From assembly GCF_006345805.1 (NCBI RefSeq), contig NC_043000.1:142600001-142664000 (forward strand): DNA of 64,000 bases. Reading direction: 5' to 3'. A program made the position numbers and the translations under genes. The DNA comes from Octopus sinensis (Eukaryota). This document shows, piece by piece, positions 11,194 through 23,534 of the stretch. Positions within the stretch are counted from its first letter, which is position 1; each line of letters starts with the position of its first letter. The notes under the pieces were generated by a model. The model was given only the letters and a program-made list of their open reading frames with translations. It ran no database searches and was not told the DNA's origin.

Positions 11194-12095
11194 GACCGGA
11201 ATATATAAATACAACAGAGAGAAAGAGAGAGAGTGGAGGAATATATAGAGAGGGAGAAAATATATAGGGAGAGAAAGAGGGAGAGAGAGAAAGAGAGAAA
11301 TAAACATTAACAGACTCCAAGGATGAAAGATAAAACAAAAGCAAGACAGTAAACTTAGTGACTGAAATTATAAAACACGAAGGAAATATGAAACAAAATA
11401 AAAATGACAGCGGTGTTCGTCTCTGAAGAACAACGACGTTCTTAAATTAAGGAATTTAATCATATGATGCTAAGACGTGTATAGATAAAAAATTAAAATA
11501 TGAGATATCCTAGTGGAATTTTATACAGTAATTACAAGTTATCGACTTGAAAATAGAGAATAAATTGAGATACATATTATGACAACATAGAAAAGTTAAT
11601 ATATTTCTCATTAGTTATTTATTCTTTCTTCCTTTAATGCACGTACTGATCTTTGGTGTTAAGTGCCTTCTCTACTCAGACCTCATATATATTAGGTATT
11701 GTGCACAAAGAAGTTTCCACTAACTGGTAAGTTATAGACGATACAACAATAATCACAATAGATGCCATTCTGGCAAGATTGTTTCACGCCTTTTGGCAGG
11801 CATTTGCAAACGAAATTTTTTCTTACAGAATGAATGGTTTTTTTTCTCCCTTGTATGGTCATTAGACTCGTGCCAGTCCGGAGCACAGCTTTTAAGATCT
11901 TGACTGAGTATCATTAATATCCACATGTATTCTTACAATTTTACAATTTTCCATTTCATTTATTGAATGGTGAAGTCACCTTTAGATGGTTAGAGAAATT
12001 CCACAGCGAAAAAGACCGGTATAGAAGCCTCACACTTTAAAAATACACACAATTACACAAGTGTATATATGATGGTATGTACATATATATGTACA

Positions 12096-12325
12096 GCGGC
12101 GAGCTGGCAGATACGTTAGCAAACCGGGCGAAATGCGTAGCCGTATTTTGTCTGCCGTTACGTTCTGAGTTCAAATTCCGCCGAGGTCGACTTTGCCTTT
12201 CATCCTTTCGGGGTCGATAAATTAAGTATAAGTTACGCACTGGGGGTGATATAATCGACTTAATACCTATGTCTGTCCATGTTTGTCCCCTCTATGTTTA
12301 GCCCCTTGTGGGTAATAAAGAAATA
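12096..12325 (+). mobile_element. SINE-A monomer with Tx1-like tail and TSD
   Basis: Ends TAATAAAGAAATA; flanked by GGTATGTACATAT at 12074-12086 and 12326-12338 (similarity extends to ~20 bp with one mismatch). Confidence 0.9.
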
Positions 12326-12589
12326 GGTATGTACATATGTATGTATGTATAACTAATATAATATAAGCTTTGATAATCATAAGAGATAGGATTCTGCAAA
12401 AGATAAAAGAAAAAAAAACAAATACGTCTAATACCTATAAAATTAACCGTATGTATGCATTCACGTGTTATATATTCTGGCAATTTTCAGTCCGCACCCC
12501 CAACGAAAAATTTACATAAACATCACATTATTTACATAAACACCCAAGGGTACATTACAATATACGTACTTATATGTTGTTTGTTTTAT

Positions 12590-12738
12590 GTTCTGAGTTC
12601 AAATTCCACCGAGGTTGACTTTGTCTTTCATCCTTTCGGGATCGATAAATTAAGTACCAGTTGCGTACTGGGGTCGATATAATCGACTGGTCCCCTCCCC
12701 AAAAAATTTCGGGCCTTGTGCCTAGAGTAGAAAAGAAT
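12590..12738 (+). mobile_element. 5'-truncated SINE-A with ordinary tail
   Basis: GTTCTGAGTTCAAATTCC...GGGCCTTGTGCCTAGAGTAGAAAAG. Confidence 0.85.
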
Positions 12739-13619
12739 ATACGTACTTAGCCAAGTGCTGCGTAGTAAAGCGAAACCCAGAAATTTGAGGTTGCGAAGCA
12801 ACCTTTTTAATGACATGCTGTCCAACTCTACACCGTTTCCATTTTCTTCACTTTTTTGTTGAAACAGCCACTCTTGTTTCAATTTTTGTTCAACGCACTT
12901 ATGTACATGACTAAGTTGTTATCCTTTATTCTTACTGGGCTATTGCTGTTCGTATTAAGCTGGCGTTATTTGAATATTTTAAGACTTAAAGAAACTATTT
13001 GCATCCACGGTGACGATAAAGAACCAGAATAAACAAAAACAATGTCTCTAATCGCTAAGAACAAAATGATTTAAACAAGTTGTTTCAATACTTCTGCTAA
13101 ATATGTTATAAACCATAAATTTCAACTAACGTTGGAAAAATCCCTAAGTGGAAGTGAAGTAGAACGCATCATAAAACTGCAAAATTAAATAAATAATAAC
13201 GGTTACCAATTTTGGCATAAGGACAGCAGCTTTAGAAATAGAGGTTACTAGATTACACTGACCCTATTGCTAACCGGTACTTCAATTCAAAGGTATAAAA
13301 GGCAAGTGTATCTTCAGCTGTATTTAAGCTCAGAACGTAAATGACTAGAAGAATTGTCCTTAAATGCTAGCATGCAAGCAATTATGCTATGTCCATATTT
13401 TGAATAATAAAGATTTAAAATTTTGGCACAACGTCAGCAAAAGGAGAGAGTGTAGTTGAATATATCAGCCCCACTACCTGAAGGTAATTTTATTTTATCA
13501 GCTCCGAAAGGATGAAAGGTAAAGCTGACATCGGTGGAATTTGAACTCAGCCCGTAAGGAGCTAAAAGAAATGACGATATGTATTCTATCTTGCGAGCTA
13601 ACGACTAAATCAGGTTGCT

Positions 13620-14350
13620 GCCTTGAATTTCCGAAAATATTGACGCAAGGTTTTTGCAAGCCCATCTCATAAAAACCTCTTCTCTGTGAGCTTTGTTGGG
13701 AAAACACTGAAGTAGCGTGTTCGAGATCATGGCGCTGGGGTTCCCGCTGGGGTCATGTGGTAAACTCCCTTTCATTTGTCTATATCATTCGATTGGCTGC
13801 ACTACGATTTTCAGACCTCCGATACTTTTAGAGTGCTTTTATTCAAGCCTTCTCTCTCTTTGTCTCCACTTTGTGTGATGTACCAAACAGAAATTTTGTT
13901 ATTTTCCAGTATAAACAGACCACCTCCAGTTGTAGGCCCTGACTCCCATGTATCTTGAGCAGCTTTCTCACCCACTTGTCGATATCCTTTAGTACATAGT
14001 TTGTCCACTCAACAATTCCTGCTGAGCACCTTCTTAGGGATATGCCTTGAAATTATCTGTATGATACCACCACCTTCAGTTTGGATGACTTTTATTATTT
14101 CTGTACTTTTGAATAAATCAATTACTAGTATAAAATTTATTGAGATGCTTCTTCTACAACTAAGAGTTTAAATTTTTCTTCACCAGGCAGATCCATTTCA
14201 ACAATTTAACGACTATTATCGATGCTATGCTCTACTGTAATGCACTTCCTGATATCAAATTTGAAACAAATTTCATAATGGAATATTCTAGTAATTTGCA
14301 CCATAGGGCCTAGTTCATCTTTCTTTTTGCCAATAGCGAAGTAGGAGAGG
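13620..14350 (-). pseudogene. Highly decayed LINE (L1/Tx1-like) endonuclease-region relic
   Basis: Broken minus-strand translation includes IVEMDLPGEEKFKLLVV, resembling the GRLIVLD...FRLINVYAP region; weak. Confidence 0.3.
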
Positions 14351-14559
14351 TCACAGGCGGTTTAAGTTGTTTTGTTAGACGTAAGTCATAGTGTTAGATA
14401 TTTGTTTGATTGTTACTGTTCAAATTGTTACTATTGTTATTTTGAATTGTTGTTTTAGTTTTCCATTGTGGAAAAATGGAGAAAGAGCCAGCAGGTGGCC
14501 ACAGTTATGCGGCTGCAACTGTAAAATAGATAGCTGCGGAAACGCTGGAGGTACGTGAA

Positions 14560-14880
14560 ATAAAGGTTCAACCAGGGAAAATGAAAGAATGCGAGAAATT
14601 ACTGGAAAGAGATGGAGATACACTGAAAGTAACGCCGCCTATGGAACTAACAACCAATGTAACGAAAAGGACTGTGATGTTTAAGACGATGAAGCTAGCA
14701 ACAAGGAAGATAGAAATAGCGACCATTGAGGCGATTGAAGAGTGTTTAAAGAATATTAAAAAACTAACCACATTCATAACAAGAGGGATAAAGTACACAA
14801 CTGTGAAGGTGCACTTTGCATCAGAAGAGGAAGCAATTTAGCACACCACGGATGCAATAAGATCGGAGAAACGCTTAATC
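14560..14880 (+). pseudogene. Tx1-like LINE ORF1 fragment
   Basis: ERDGDTLKVTPPMELTTNVTKRTVMFKTMKLATRKIEIATIEAIEECL aligns by eye with ORF1 of the 26064-29673 LINE (KVGGDVK*LPTKRVMENMEKKTITYNMYSVESRKLEQMEIEKIERA). Confidence 0.55.
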
Positions 14881-15242
14881 AACGAATGTGAAACTACATC
14901 ACATATACATTTATATTCAATCTATGGCATGAAAGATATTTGGTATTCTTATACTGCATTTCCTGAAGTCCATATAATCGATTGTTAATTACATTTTGTG
15001 TTCTTGTGTAATCTTTTGCCTTTCGTTTTTTATCAGGCAACAAATATCTTTCCTATAGATATTGTCGTATCACTTCGGAAATTACCCGTGTCAGAGGTGC
15101 CCGAATTTTTCAGTAAATACAAAACCAGACATTATTTGAGAGGACAGTTCGTTTCATTTCTGATTCAAAATACAGCAGATTCTTAATATAATCAAACACA
15201 GTGGGATATTTCCTTTAACATAGAAACAGAGTAAACACTATT

Positions 15243-15482
15243 CATCGTGACGCATATTTGCCATTTGAATATGGCTAACCCCTAAGGGTGGATGCTACTG
15301 TAGTTTGTAGCCCCAGGAAGATATCTCCTCCAGCTGGCTATAGACACACTATCTGTGCACGCACAGGCACAGATAGTGTGTCTATAGCCAGCTGGAGGAG
15401 ATATCTTCCTGGGGCTACAAACTACAGTAGCATCCACCCTTAGGGATTAGCCATATTCAAATGGCAAATATCCGTCACGATG
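15243..15482. repeat. Near-perfect 240-bp fold-back palindrome (116-bp arms, 8-nt loop)
   Basis: Arms 15243-15358 and 15367-15482 differ at 2 positions; a partial copy of the arm occurs at ~45932-45990. Confidence 0.95.
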
Positions 15483-16400
15483 TGTTACCGCTACTGTTTA
15501 TAACTCGCTCTGAGATTTATCAAACACTATTCAGCCATTGGTAAAAGATGGTCGAGTAGCGCCCCACTATGCAACCATTATAAGCTCCTTTCGAAGATTT
15601 ATTCCTCAAACTTTTCAGCATTATTTTCCCCATATTTTATCCACTACGCTTTAGTATTGTGCCTGGAATCTTCTCAAATGTATTCCCACTATTGTTTGCT
15701 TTTCTGCAGCATTCCGTTTTATAGTATAATTTCTCACATTTCTGTCAGAAATATCAAATAAGCTTTTCTGTATTATGTTGTGCTTACACTCTTTCTTACT
15801 TGATCCTTTTATAGCTCGTCAATCAATTCCCAAGTTCATATATACGTTTTGTTATTTGCTTGTATTTTCCTTTCTCTTCACACGACGTATCTTCTAATTT
15901 ATATCCATGTGTGTTTGTGCATATGTCTCTGTGTGTGGAATGCGCGTGAGTTTCTAAGGACTCTAAGCTTCATTAACATCCACCCCATCCACGAATGCAC
16001 CTGTTGATTATTCTTTTTCCTTCTAAATGAAAACAATATTCACACTTGCCCATGTTTGTAATAATCTAGGTTTGATCCAAAAACCTTAATTATCTAACAC
16101 TAAGACCGTTAAATCCTCAGCTTCGGTTTCGGGTTTCAAGCTTTTCTGACTCTTTGTTTTCATGGATGTTTGCATTAAATTCTTTTTTCTGATGTGTGCT
16201 CCCACTTGCTTTCCCTTAATGGTTTAATGGTTAAGGTAATCTGTCTGTCGGTTGTTTGAATCCTTGTTTGACATTTCAATTTTTTTAGTTTCTATGTAAA
16301 AAAAGAACTTTCCATTTTTAATATAGAATATTCATGTGGAACTTTGATAGAATCTTTAGATCCTCACACGAAATGTCCTGCGATATTTTGTTTTAAAAAT

Positions 16401-16612
16401 GGCGATAAGCTAGCAGAATTGTTAGCATGTCGGGCACAACGCTTAGAGGCATTTCATTTCCTTACGTCCTGATTTCAAGTTCCATCGAGGTCGACTTAGC
16501 TTTACATTTTTTCGGGGTCGATAAAATAAATACCAGTTGAATACTGAAGGAGATGTAATCGACTTAGATCCTTCCCCGAAATCGCTAGCTTTGTGCCGAA
16601 ATTTGAAATCAA
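16401..16612 (+). mobile_element. Diverged SINE-A
   Basis: Head, GAGGTCGACTT body and GTGCCGAAATTTGAAA tail. Confidence 0.8.
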
Positions 16613-16695
16613 CATACAATAGTTGTTTTGTAAGATTTTTATCTACTCAGACGAAACCCTTCAAACTCATAACAACTGTTCATCATAATTTACCT

Positions 16696-17109
16696 ACTCT
16701 TTTACTCTCTCTTTTACTTGTTTCAGTCATTTGACTGCGGCCATGCTGGAGCACCACCTTTAGTCGATCAAATCGACCCCTGGACTTATTCTTTGTAATC
16801 CCAGTACTTATTCTATCCGTCTCTTTTTCCGAACCGCTAAGTGACGGGGACGTAGACACACCAGCATCGGTTGTCAAGCAATGCTAGGGGAACAAACACA
16901 GACACACAACCCCCCCCCCACACACACACATATATATACGACAGGCTTCTTTCAGTTTCCGTCTACTAAATCCACTCACAAGGCATTGGTCGGCTCCGGG
17001 CTATAGCAGAAGACACTTGCCCAAGATGCCACGCAGTGGGACTGAACCCGGAACCATGTGGCTGGTTAGCAAGCTACTTACCACACAGCCACACAGCCAC
17101 TCCTGCGCC
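16696..17109 (-). mobile_element. SINE-B
   Basis: Full-length consensus match. Confidence 0.92.
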
Positions 17110-17230
17110 TACATCCTCACTGATTTGCTTCACTTCTTAAATGATATTAAAATGACATGATATTGTATACTATTTTTCGTTCTATTTTTCTTGTTGTTAT
17201 TGTTGTTTTATTGCAAAAGCTAATATATTA

Positions 17231-17401
17231 GGCGCAGGAGTGGCTGGGTGGTAAGTACCTTGTTTACCAACCACATGGTTCCGGGTTCAGTCCCACTGCG
17301 TGGCAACTTGGGCAAGTGTCTTCTACTGTAGCCTCGGGCCAACCAAAGCCTTGTGAGTGGATTTGGTAGACGGAAACTGAAAGAAGCCCGTCGTATATAT
17401 G

Positions 17402-17432
<31 letters not shown>

Positions 17433-17637
17433 TTGTGTGTCTGTGTTTGTCCCCCTAGCATTGCTTGACAACCGATGCTGGTGTGTTTATGTTCCCATTA
17501 CTTAGCGGTTCGGCAAAAGAGACCGATAGGATAAGTACTGGGCTTACAAAAGAATAAGTCCCAGGGTCGAGTTGCACGATTAAAGGTGGTGCTCCAGCAT
17601 GGCCGCAGTGAAATGACTGAAACAAGTAAAAGAGAGA
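17231..17637 (+). mobile_element. SINE-B (inverted, head-to-head with 16696-17109)
   Basis: Full-length consensus match. Confidence 0.92.
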
Positions 17638-17946
17638 GAGATATGCTAATTTAAATACAAGGAAGCTTTAGTAGTAATAAACCTTCTCAAATCTCAAGAA
17701 TTTTTCTAGTAAGATTCCTACATTATATAAGATGGCACTTTTATGCAGGTTCACAACGTGTCTGAATTTCAACGCATTATACCACTTATGTCGTAGTTTG
17801 GATGTTGTGTCGCTGACAAATTATCACTGAAGCAATTTTCAGCATTGTGACCTGCAAATCTTTATCTCATTGTTTATGTCCTGATATTCTCAGTTTACTT
17901 AATTTCTTTGACATACACTCGACTATCACATGATAAGATCTAATAG

Positions 17947-18098
17947 TTTACATTATTTACATTATTTACAGTTGACGGATATTTGTCTCCATCTTGTTTG
18001 TTGTTAACACAACGTTTCGGCTGATATACTCTCCAGGCTTCATCAGGTGTCCTGGGGAAATTTCGAACCTGGGTTCTCATTCCTAAGGTATTTTTCGA

Positions 18099-18137
<39 letters not shown>

Positions 18138-18220
18138 CATTATTATTATTATTCAGGTCACTGCTTGGAATCGAACTCGGAATCTTTGGTTAATAGCCCA
18201 CGCTCTTAACCACTACGCCA
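17947..18220 (-). mobile_element. tRNA-headed short retroelement carrying a hammerhead ribozyme motif
   Basis: Minus strand: A-box TGGCGTAGTGG, B-box GTTCGATTCC, (AAT)n spacer, hammerhead motif, (TGTAAATAA)n tail; inverted partial head copy at 18229-18355. Confidence 0.8.
18006..18051 (-). ncRNA. Minimal type I hammerhead ribozyme motif (palindromic stem III)
   Basis: GACAC-CTGATGA-A-GCCTG[loop]CAGCC-GAA-ACGT-T-GTGTT: core intact, stem I paired, one mismatch in stem II. Confidence 0.7.
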
Positions 18221-19136
18221 TATGCCTGTGGCATAGTGATTAAGAGCGCGGGTTACTAACCCCAAGATTCCGAGTTCGATTCCAGGCAGTGATCTGAATA
18301 ATAATAATAATAATAAAAATAATAATAGTAGTAATAGTAATAATAATAATAATAAATTTTTGTATTGGCCACATGGGCCCAAGAAATGGAGAATAATAAT
18401 GATAATTTCCATTCATAGATAATATTTTCTTGTGTGTGTTAAAAGTTTGGCCATAACTCGGAAAACTAAATTTTCAAAGTAAACAAGAATTGTCTATTGT
18501 GATTTCATAGAAGTGATTTGGGACTGGGTAGGATTAACGAAGATTTCTAATTTTCAAAGATATTAACAGTAGAAGAAAGCGCCTTGAGCGAGAGATAAGC
18601 TTTCACAAGCTTATCTGTTGCTGAAAGCTAGATATTTTTTAATGGACACATGAGAATTCAAGAGTAAATCTGTAAAAGATGCCCCCACGTTTAAAACATT
18701 GCTCTTATCTTCACAGATTTTGTTTTATATGCTAAAGTTTTTATTGTTATACCCCCTACACGTCTTCAGCTATTCTATATATGAAAGTTAAACTCCGCAA
18801 ATATTTATTGAAGAAGTTTAGCTTATTAATTAGCTACATAACGATGTTCATTTGATTGGCAACGTTCTTATGTATTTGAAGTAGACCTTACCATACATTC
18901 AGGTTCCATTTTCATATGGAAGTTGTAATTTTTCTTACACGTATTTATTTTATCATTTACATCTTTTATTGCACAGATGACTACCGAGAATGATTATGAT
19001 ACTTTGTATTTCCGAAGTTGTATGCTAAACAAAGACCAATATACTAACAAACAGCAAAGATCTCTGCTCTATAAAAACACTATCAAAAATTGTCATTATT
19101 ATTTTATATTGTATTAGCTCTTTACTTTCACTATTT

Positions 19137-19270
19137 TTCCAACGGCCGTTGACTCTTCCTTACTCTCAGTATTATTCCAACGGCCGTTGACTCTTCCTTA
19201 CTCTCAGTATTATTCCAACGGCCGTTGATACTTCCTTACTCTCAGCATTATTCCAACAACCATTGACACT
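19137..19270. repeat. 38-bp minisatellite, 3.5 copies
   Basis: TTCCAACGGCCGTTGACTCTTCCTTACTCTCAGTATTA at 19137, 19175 and 19213, partial at 19251. Confidence 0.95.
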
Positions 19271-19691
19271 TCTGAAACGACATTGGTCTGAGATAATCAA
19301 TGCCTGCACCCGCACATATTTTTTACGATTTTGTAAGCGCGATTTCAAATATCTAGGCTTATAAGATATCAAATAGGATGACGTCAAATGCTGATAAGAT
19401 TTAACACGAATGACTTAAATTTCTATTCACAAACACTTCATAAACTTGTTTCACCACGAAGTAGCCGTTTCCAGTCTTGTTTCTTTCAGCTGTGTTTTAT
19501 ATTGTCACAATGACTTACAGTCAATCGTGCTTGGAACTGAAATTATCTGTAGTTCTCCAAACTGATCTTTTTTCTAATACCTGTCTGAGGTCCCAAACCA
19601 AACTCCGATTCTTCCTGTTTGTAAATTAGAAAGTCTATTTCGAAAATAAAAACAAAGGCAATATATATGATTATTCTATGATTATTCTATA

Positions 19692-20097
19692 GGCGCAGGA
19701 GTGGCTGTGTGGTAAGTAGCTTGTTTACCAACCACATGGTTCCGGGTTCATTCCCACTGCGTGGCACCTTGGGCAAGTGTCTTCTACTATAGCCTCGGGC
19801 CGACCAAAGCCTTGTGAGTGGATTTGGTAGACGGAAACTGAAAGAAGCCCGTCGTATATATGTATATATATATGTGTTTGTGTGTCTGTGTTTGTCCCCC
19901 TAGCATTGCTTGATAACCGATGCTGGTGTGTTTATGTCCCCGTTACTTAGCGGTTCGGCAAAAGAGACCGATAGGATAAGTACTGGGCTTACAAAAGAAT
20001 AAGTCCCGGGGTCGAGTTGCTCGATTAAAGGTGGTGCTCCAGCATGGCCGCAGTCAAATGACTGAAACAAGTAAAAGAGTAAAAGAGTAAAAGAGTA
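19692..20097 (+). mobile_element. SINE-B
   Basis: Full-length consensus match with (AAAAGAGT)3 tail. Confidence 0.92.
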
Positions 20098-20339
20098 TAT
20101 ATATATATATATATGTAGGCATAAATCAACATTCAAAGAAGAGAAGCAAGTCAGTGACGGATAATTCAAAACGAGTGACTAGTTTATCAACACGATTAAT
20201 GATTATTCTACTTCACATCGGAAAACACTTGTCGATTGGTAGATATCAGATCGCAAGCGAGGTTCGCTAGTTTCTTTGCAATGTTACATGAATGAACGTA
20301 ACATAAATTTTATCATCGTCTTTGTTTGTCTTTTTATCT

Positions 20340-20735
20340 ATTATCCTTACTTGCTTCAGACATTATACTGCAGCGATGGTGGGGCACCACCTTGAAATGT
20401 TTTAGTCGAATGAATCGACGACATTACTTAGATTTAAAGTAGCGGTATTTATGCTATCGTTCTCTTTTGCCGATCCGCTAATTTACGGAGACATAAACAC
20501 GTCAACACCGGTTGTCATGAAATAGTGGGAGGGACAAACAGAGACGCAAATAATACACACGCGCGCACACACACACATATACGACAGACTTCTTTCGGTT
20601 TCGTATACCAAATCCAGTCAAAAGATTTTAGTTGGCCTGAGATTACAGTAGAACAAATCGGCTCAAGGTAACACGCAATGGGTTTGAAAGCGAAACTATG
20701 TGGTTGGGAAACAAACGTTTTTACCACATAGCCCC
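20340..20735 (-). mobile_element. Old diverged SINE-B
   Basis: CCGCTAATTTACGGAGAC, GACTTCTTTCGGTTTCGTATACCAAATCC and head remnants. Confidence 0.7.
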
Positions 20736-21084
20736 TCCTAAGCCTTTTTTTTTATTTTGTGAAATCTATTCTTGCTTTACTACTGTTGTCAATCGGTTTT
20801 GTAATTTGAAGGAATTTCACCTTGTTTCTTACATATGACGTAGGAGTTCCAAGTAGAAAAAAAGGAGATTTTTTATACCTCTTTCTTTTCGCCCTCAATC
20901 AAGTTTCTAAACTGCCAGAGCTTCTCCAGACACCAAGGTGTCTGGAGAAGATGCTATCACTGAAAGAACTGCACAAAAGTGAAAAACAAAATAAGATTTA
21001 GCGTGAAAAATGACATTAATATACCAAATTTGATGTCACTCAATAAAAACTGTGACAGCAACAGAAAATACCCGACAACTTGAC

Positions 21085-21395
21085 TGAGATATTCTACCTT
21101 ATCGCCATATTCTTCTGATATAATTCATTCAGATTGTAACTTTAGTTGGTTGCTTTGCAACAGTTTCCAACGCGATTCGTTCAGCAACGACGTGAAACTG
21201 AAAATATGACTCCATGAATTTTTCGAGTCAAGACCTGATGATTACTTTCAAGGCATTCACCAGATGATGGAATATTAGCAAGAAATCGCGAACAAAGAAG
21301 AATATATTGTTGGTTGATTTGTTGAAATTGTTGATGAATAACTAAGGATTAAAATAATTGCAAAAGGGAACGAATATTTCTGACAACCCAATATT
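21085..21395 (+). pseudogene. Mariner transposase C-terminal relic with one TIR
   Basis: NSFQRDSFSNDVKLKI*LHEFFESRPDDYFQGIH; end CTGACAACCCAATA resembles the TIR at 8329. Confidence 0.7.
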
Positions 21396-21939
21396 TTACA
21401 GTTTGAACTTAAAATCCTATAGAAATCAACTTTACTTGTTATTCAAAGGACAATGAAATATGTTTCTCTCATATACTGCAATTAATGTAATTTATATCTT
21501 CCATATAATTTATGGAAGCTTGTAGCTGATTGTGCCTATGCTAAAATAGTGTTTTATTGCAAAATTTCAAGGGCAATAAAGTATTAAAACAAATAAAACA
21601 TTACCTTAGAAAAATTAACACTTTAGCATTATCATTGTATCTTCCAACTAATTCCAAATTCCAGTATCTCGTTCTTGTCTTTAATCTTTATTAGATCGAT
21701 AAAACCTAAATGTAATGCCTAATCGTAATCCAAACTATAATCCTTTCAAAGAAGTTTCTAGTCTCATACCTAATAATAAAAATTATAAAAAGATTTCTAT
21801 TTCTGCTATAAGGTTCCAATACGATTAAAGGGTGCGCATATCTAGAATTATTGCTTAATCTGCAGATACTTTGTTCGACCAGATTATAACTCCAAAATAC
21901 ATTGATCCTTTTTAATTATAATTAGCATCAAGACATGCA

Positions 21940-22150
21940 TACCAGCCTGACACAAAAGCAAGCTCTTCTTTGCCATATTCACTGCAGCTGTAGGAGTTCC
22001 TGTCTCTCTGAGCTTACTAATCTTGCGTCACCTTCATTCACTCAGTCAACCAGACTTAATCATCCCCTTCCTTTAGTCATCCATATGTTGCACCAACCTC
22101 ACACCCCGCATTAAATACGTTAAGATTTTACCTAATTCCCCCATCGGCAT
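21940..22150 (+). pseudogene. Possible old CR1/Jockey-group LINE 3' relic
   Basis: CLSELTNLASPSFTQSTRLNHP resembles the CSSELxxLVPP...RSTRL C-terminus of CR1-group ORF2; weak. Confidence 0.35.
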
Positions 22151-23068
22151 TTCTCACAACGTCAAATTTATTAAAGAAGCACATTATTATCCATAGCAAC
22201 AGTGTAAGTTAAAGAATTTTAATGTCTTCTTTGTGTATGAAACAATTTTTTCTCTGCAAATATGCAATTGTAATTGTTTAATTAATTATAGCTTATATTG
22301 TAATAATACTTAAACGATAAAACTCTTCACATATCTCACTAACAATCGATGCAAAATGCCAGACGGAATACTCTTTCATGTAAAATTTAGGAATGTAGTA
22401 GTAAAACTACATTCAATATAGAAGTGAATTATCTCCCTGAATCTGCTTCAGTATTCGTATTTGTCATAATAAAATTTAAAGACTTGTTGAAAGGGACAAG
22501 GACATAATCTCGCCAAAGAAGGCTATTTTAGTAACTATGTAGTTTGATATAAAATCTCTAAGCAAGAACTATGAGCCTTTATCCTTGAATCTTATTAACA
22601 ATGTATGGCACTATTCTCACAGTCACTGATAAAGAATACAATCTATGCAGGTAAGACTGCATGCGTAAGAATTTCAATTTGAAATGACGCGATTTCCAAT
22701 TCAAACTCACAGTTCGAAACCCTTGAGCAAGTGTCTCTAACTATAGATTTTGGTTTATGAAAACCGTTGAGTGCAATTTACAAGACATAGTCTCTGTGTT
22801 AACCTATAAAATGACCGTTTCTGTCCGTGGACAGTAGACACAATCCATCATCTATTTTAGCACGAATGCTTAATACTTGATGTTTTCAATGTACCATTTA
22901 CATGCATTCGGAGCTTGGCTAAGGATAGTCTGTTTTTTTTTTCTTCTAACTAAACGATTACAAAACAGGACGACAGAGAATCTCTGCTACATACTGTAAT
23001 ACTGTAATTGGGTACAAAGGACCTGAATTATAAGCAGCAGAGAACATTTTATCAAATAATAACAATAT

Positions 23069-23467
23069 ATTCTTTTCTACTGAAGGCACGAAATTTTTAG
23101 GGAAGGGGAGGGAGGCAGTCGATTAGATCGACCCCAAAATGCAACTGGTAATTAATTTATCGACCCGAAAGGACGAAAGGCAAAAATCAATTTCGGTGGA
23201 ATCTCTACTCAGAACGTAGCGGCAGACGAAATACCAATTTATTTACTACCCACAAGGGGCTAAACACAGAGAGGACAAACAAGGACAGACAAACGGATTA
23301 AATCGATTATATCGACCCCAGTGCGTAACTGGTACTTATTTAATCGACCCCGAAAGGATGAAAAGTAAAGTCGACGTCGGTGGAATTTGAACTCGGAACG
23401 TAGCGGCAACGAAATACCGCTATACATATCGCCCGGTGTGCTAACGTTTCTGCCAGCTCGCCGCCTT
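23069..23467 (-). mobile_element. SINE-A composite (head + body + Tx1-like tail + second body)
   Basis: Same layout as 1464-1865, with the junction to GGTATTTCGTCTGCC at ~23235. Confidence 0.85.
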
Positions 23468-23534
23468 AAATATTAACATATTTCAACAGTTTTTTTTTTC
23501 AATTCAGTTTAACGTAGGAGCAAGTATTTCTTTT

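Noticed and set aside
11680-11726. 47-nt candidate exon (CTACTCAG / GTAAGT; TSYILGIVHKEVSTN)
   Set aside because: Not assignable to any protein family I recognise; needs transcript evidence.
17231-17310. tRNA-like sequences (also at ~10975-11043, 18150-18300 and 56790-56859)
   Set aside because: They are SINE heads continuing into family-specific bodies, without complete acceptor stems; not called as tRNA genes.
19137-19270. 38-bp direct repeats with an internal palindrome, superficially CRISPR-like
   Set aside because: The repeats are contiguous with no spacers, there are no cas genes, and the context is eukaryotic.
22623-22650. 28-nt candidate micro-exon (TTCTCACAG / GTAAGA; VTDKEYNLC or SLIKNTIYA)
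   Set aside because: Good splice signals, but no partner exons or recognisable protein, and it abuts a decayed SINE; chance occurrence is expected in 64 kb without RNA-seq support.
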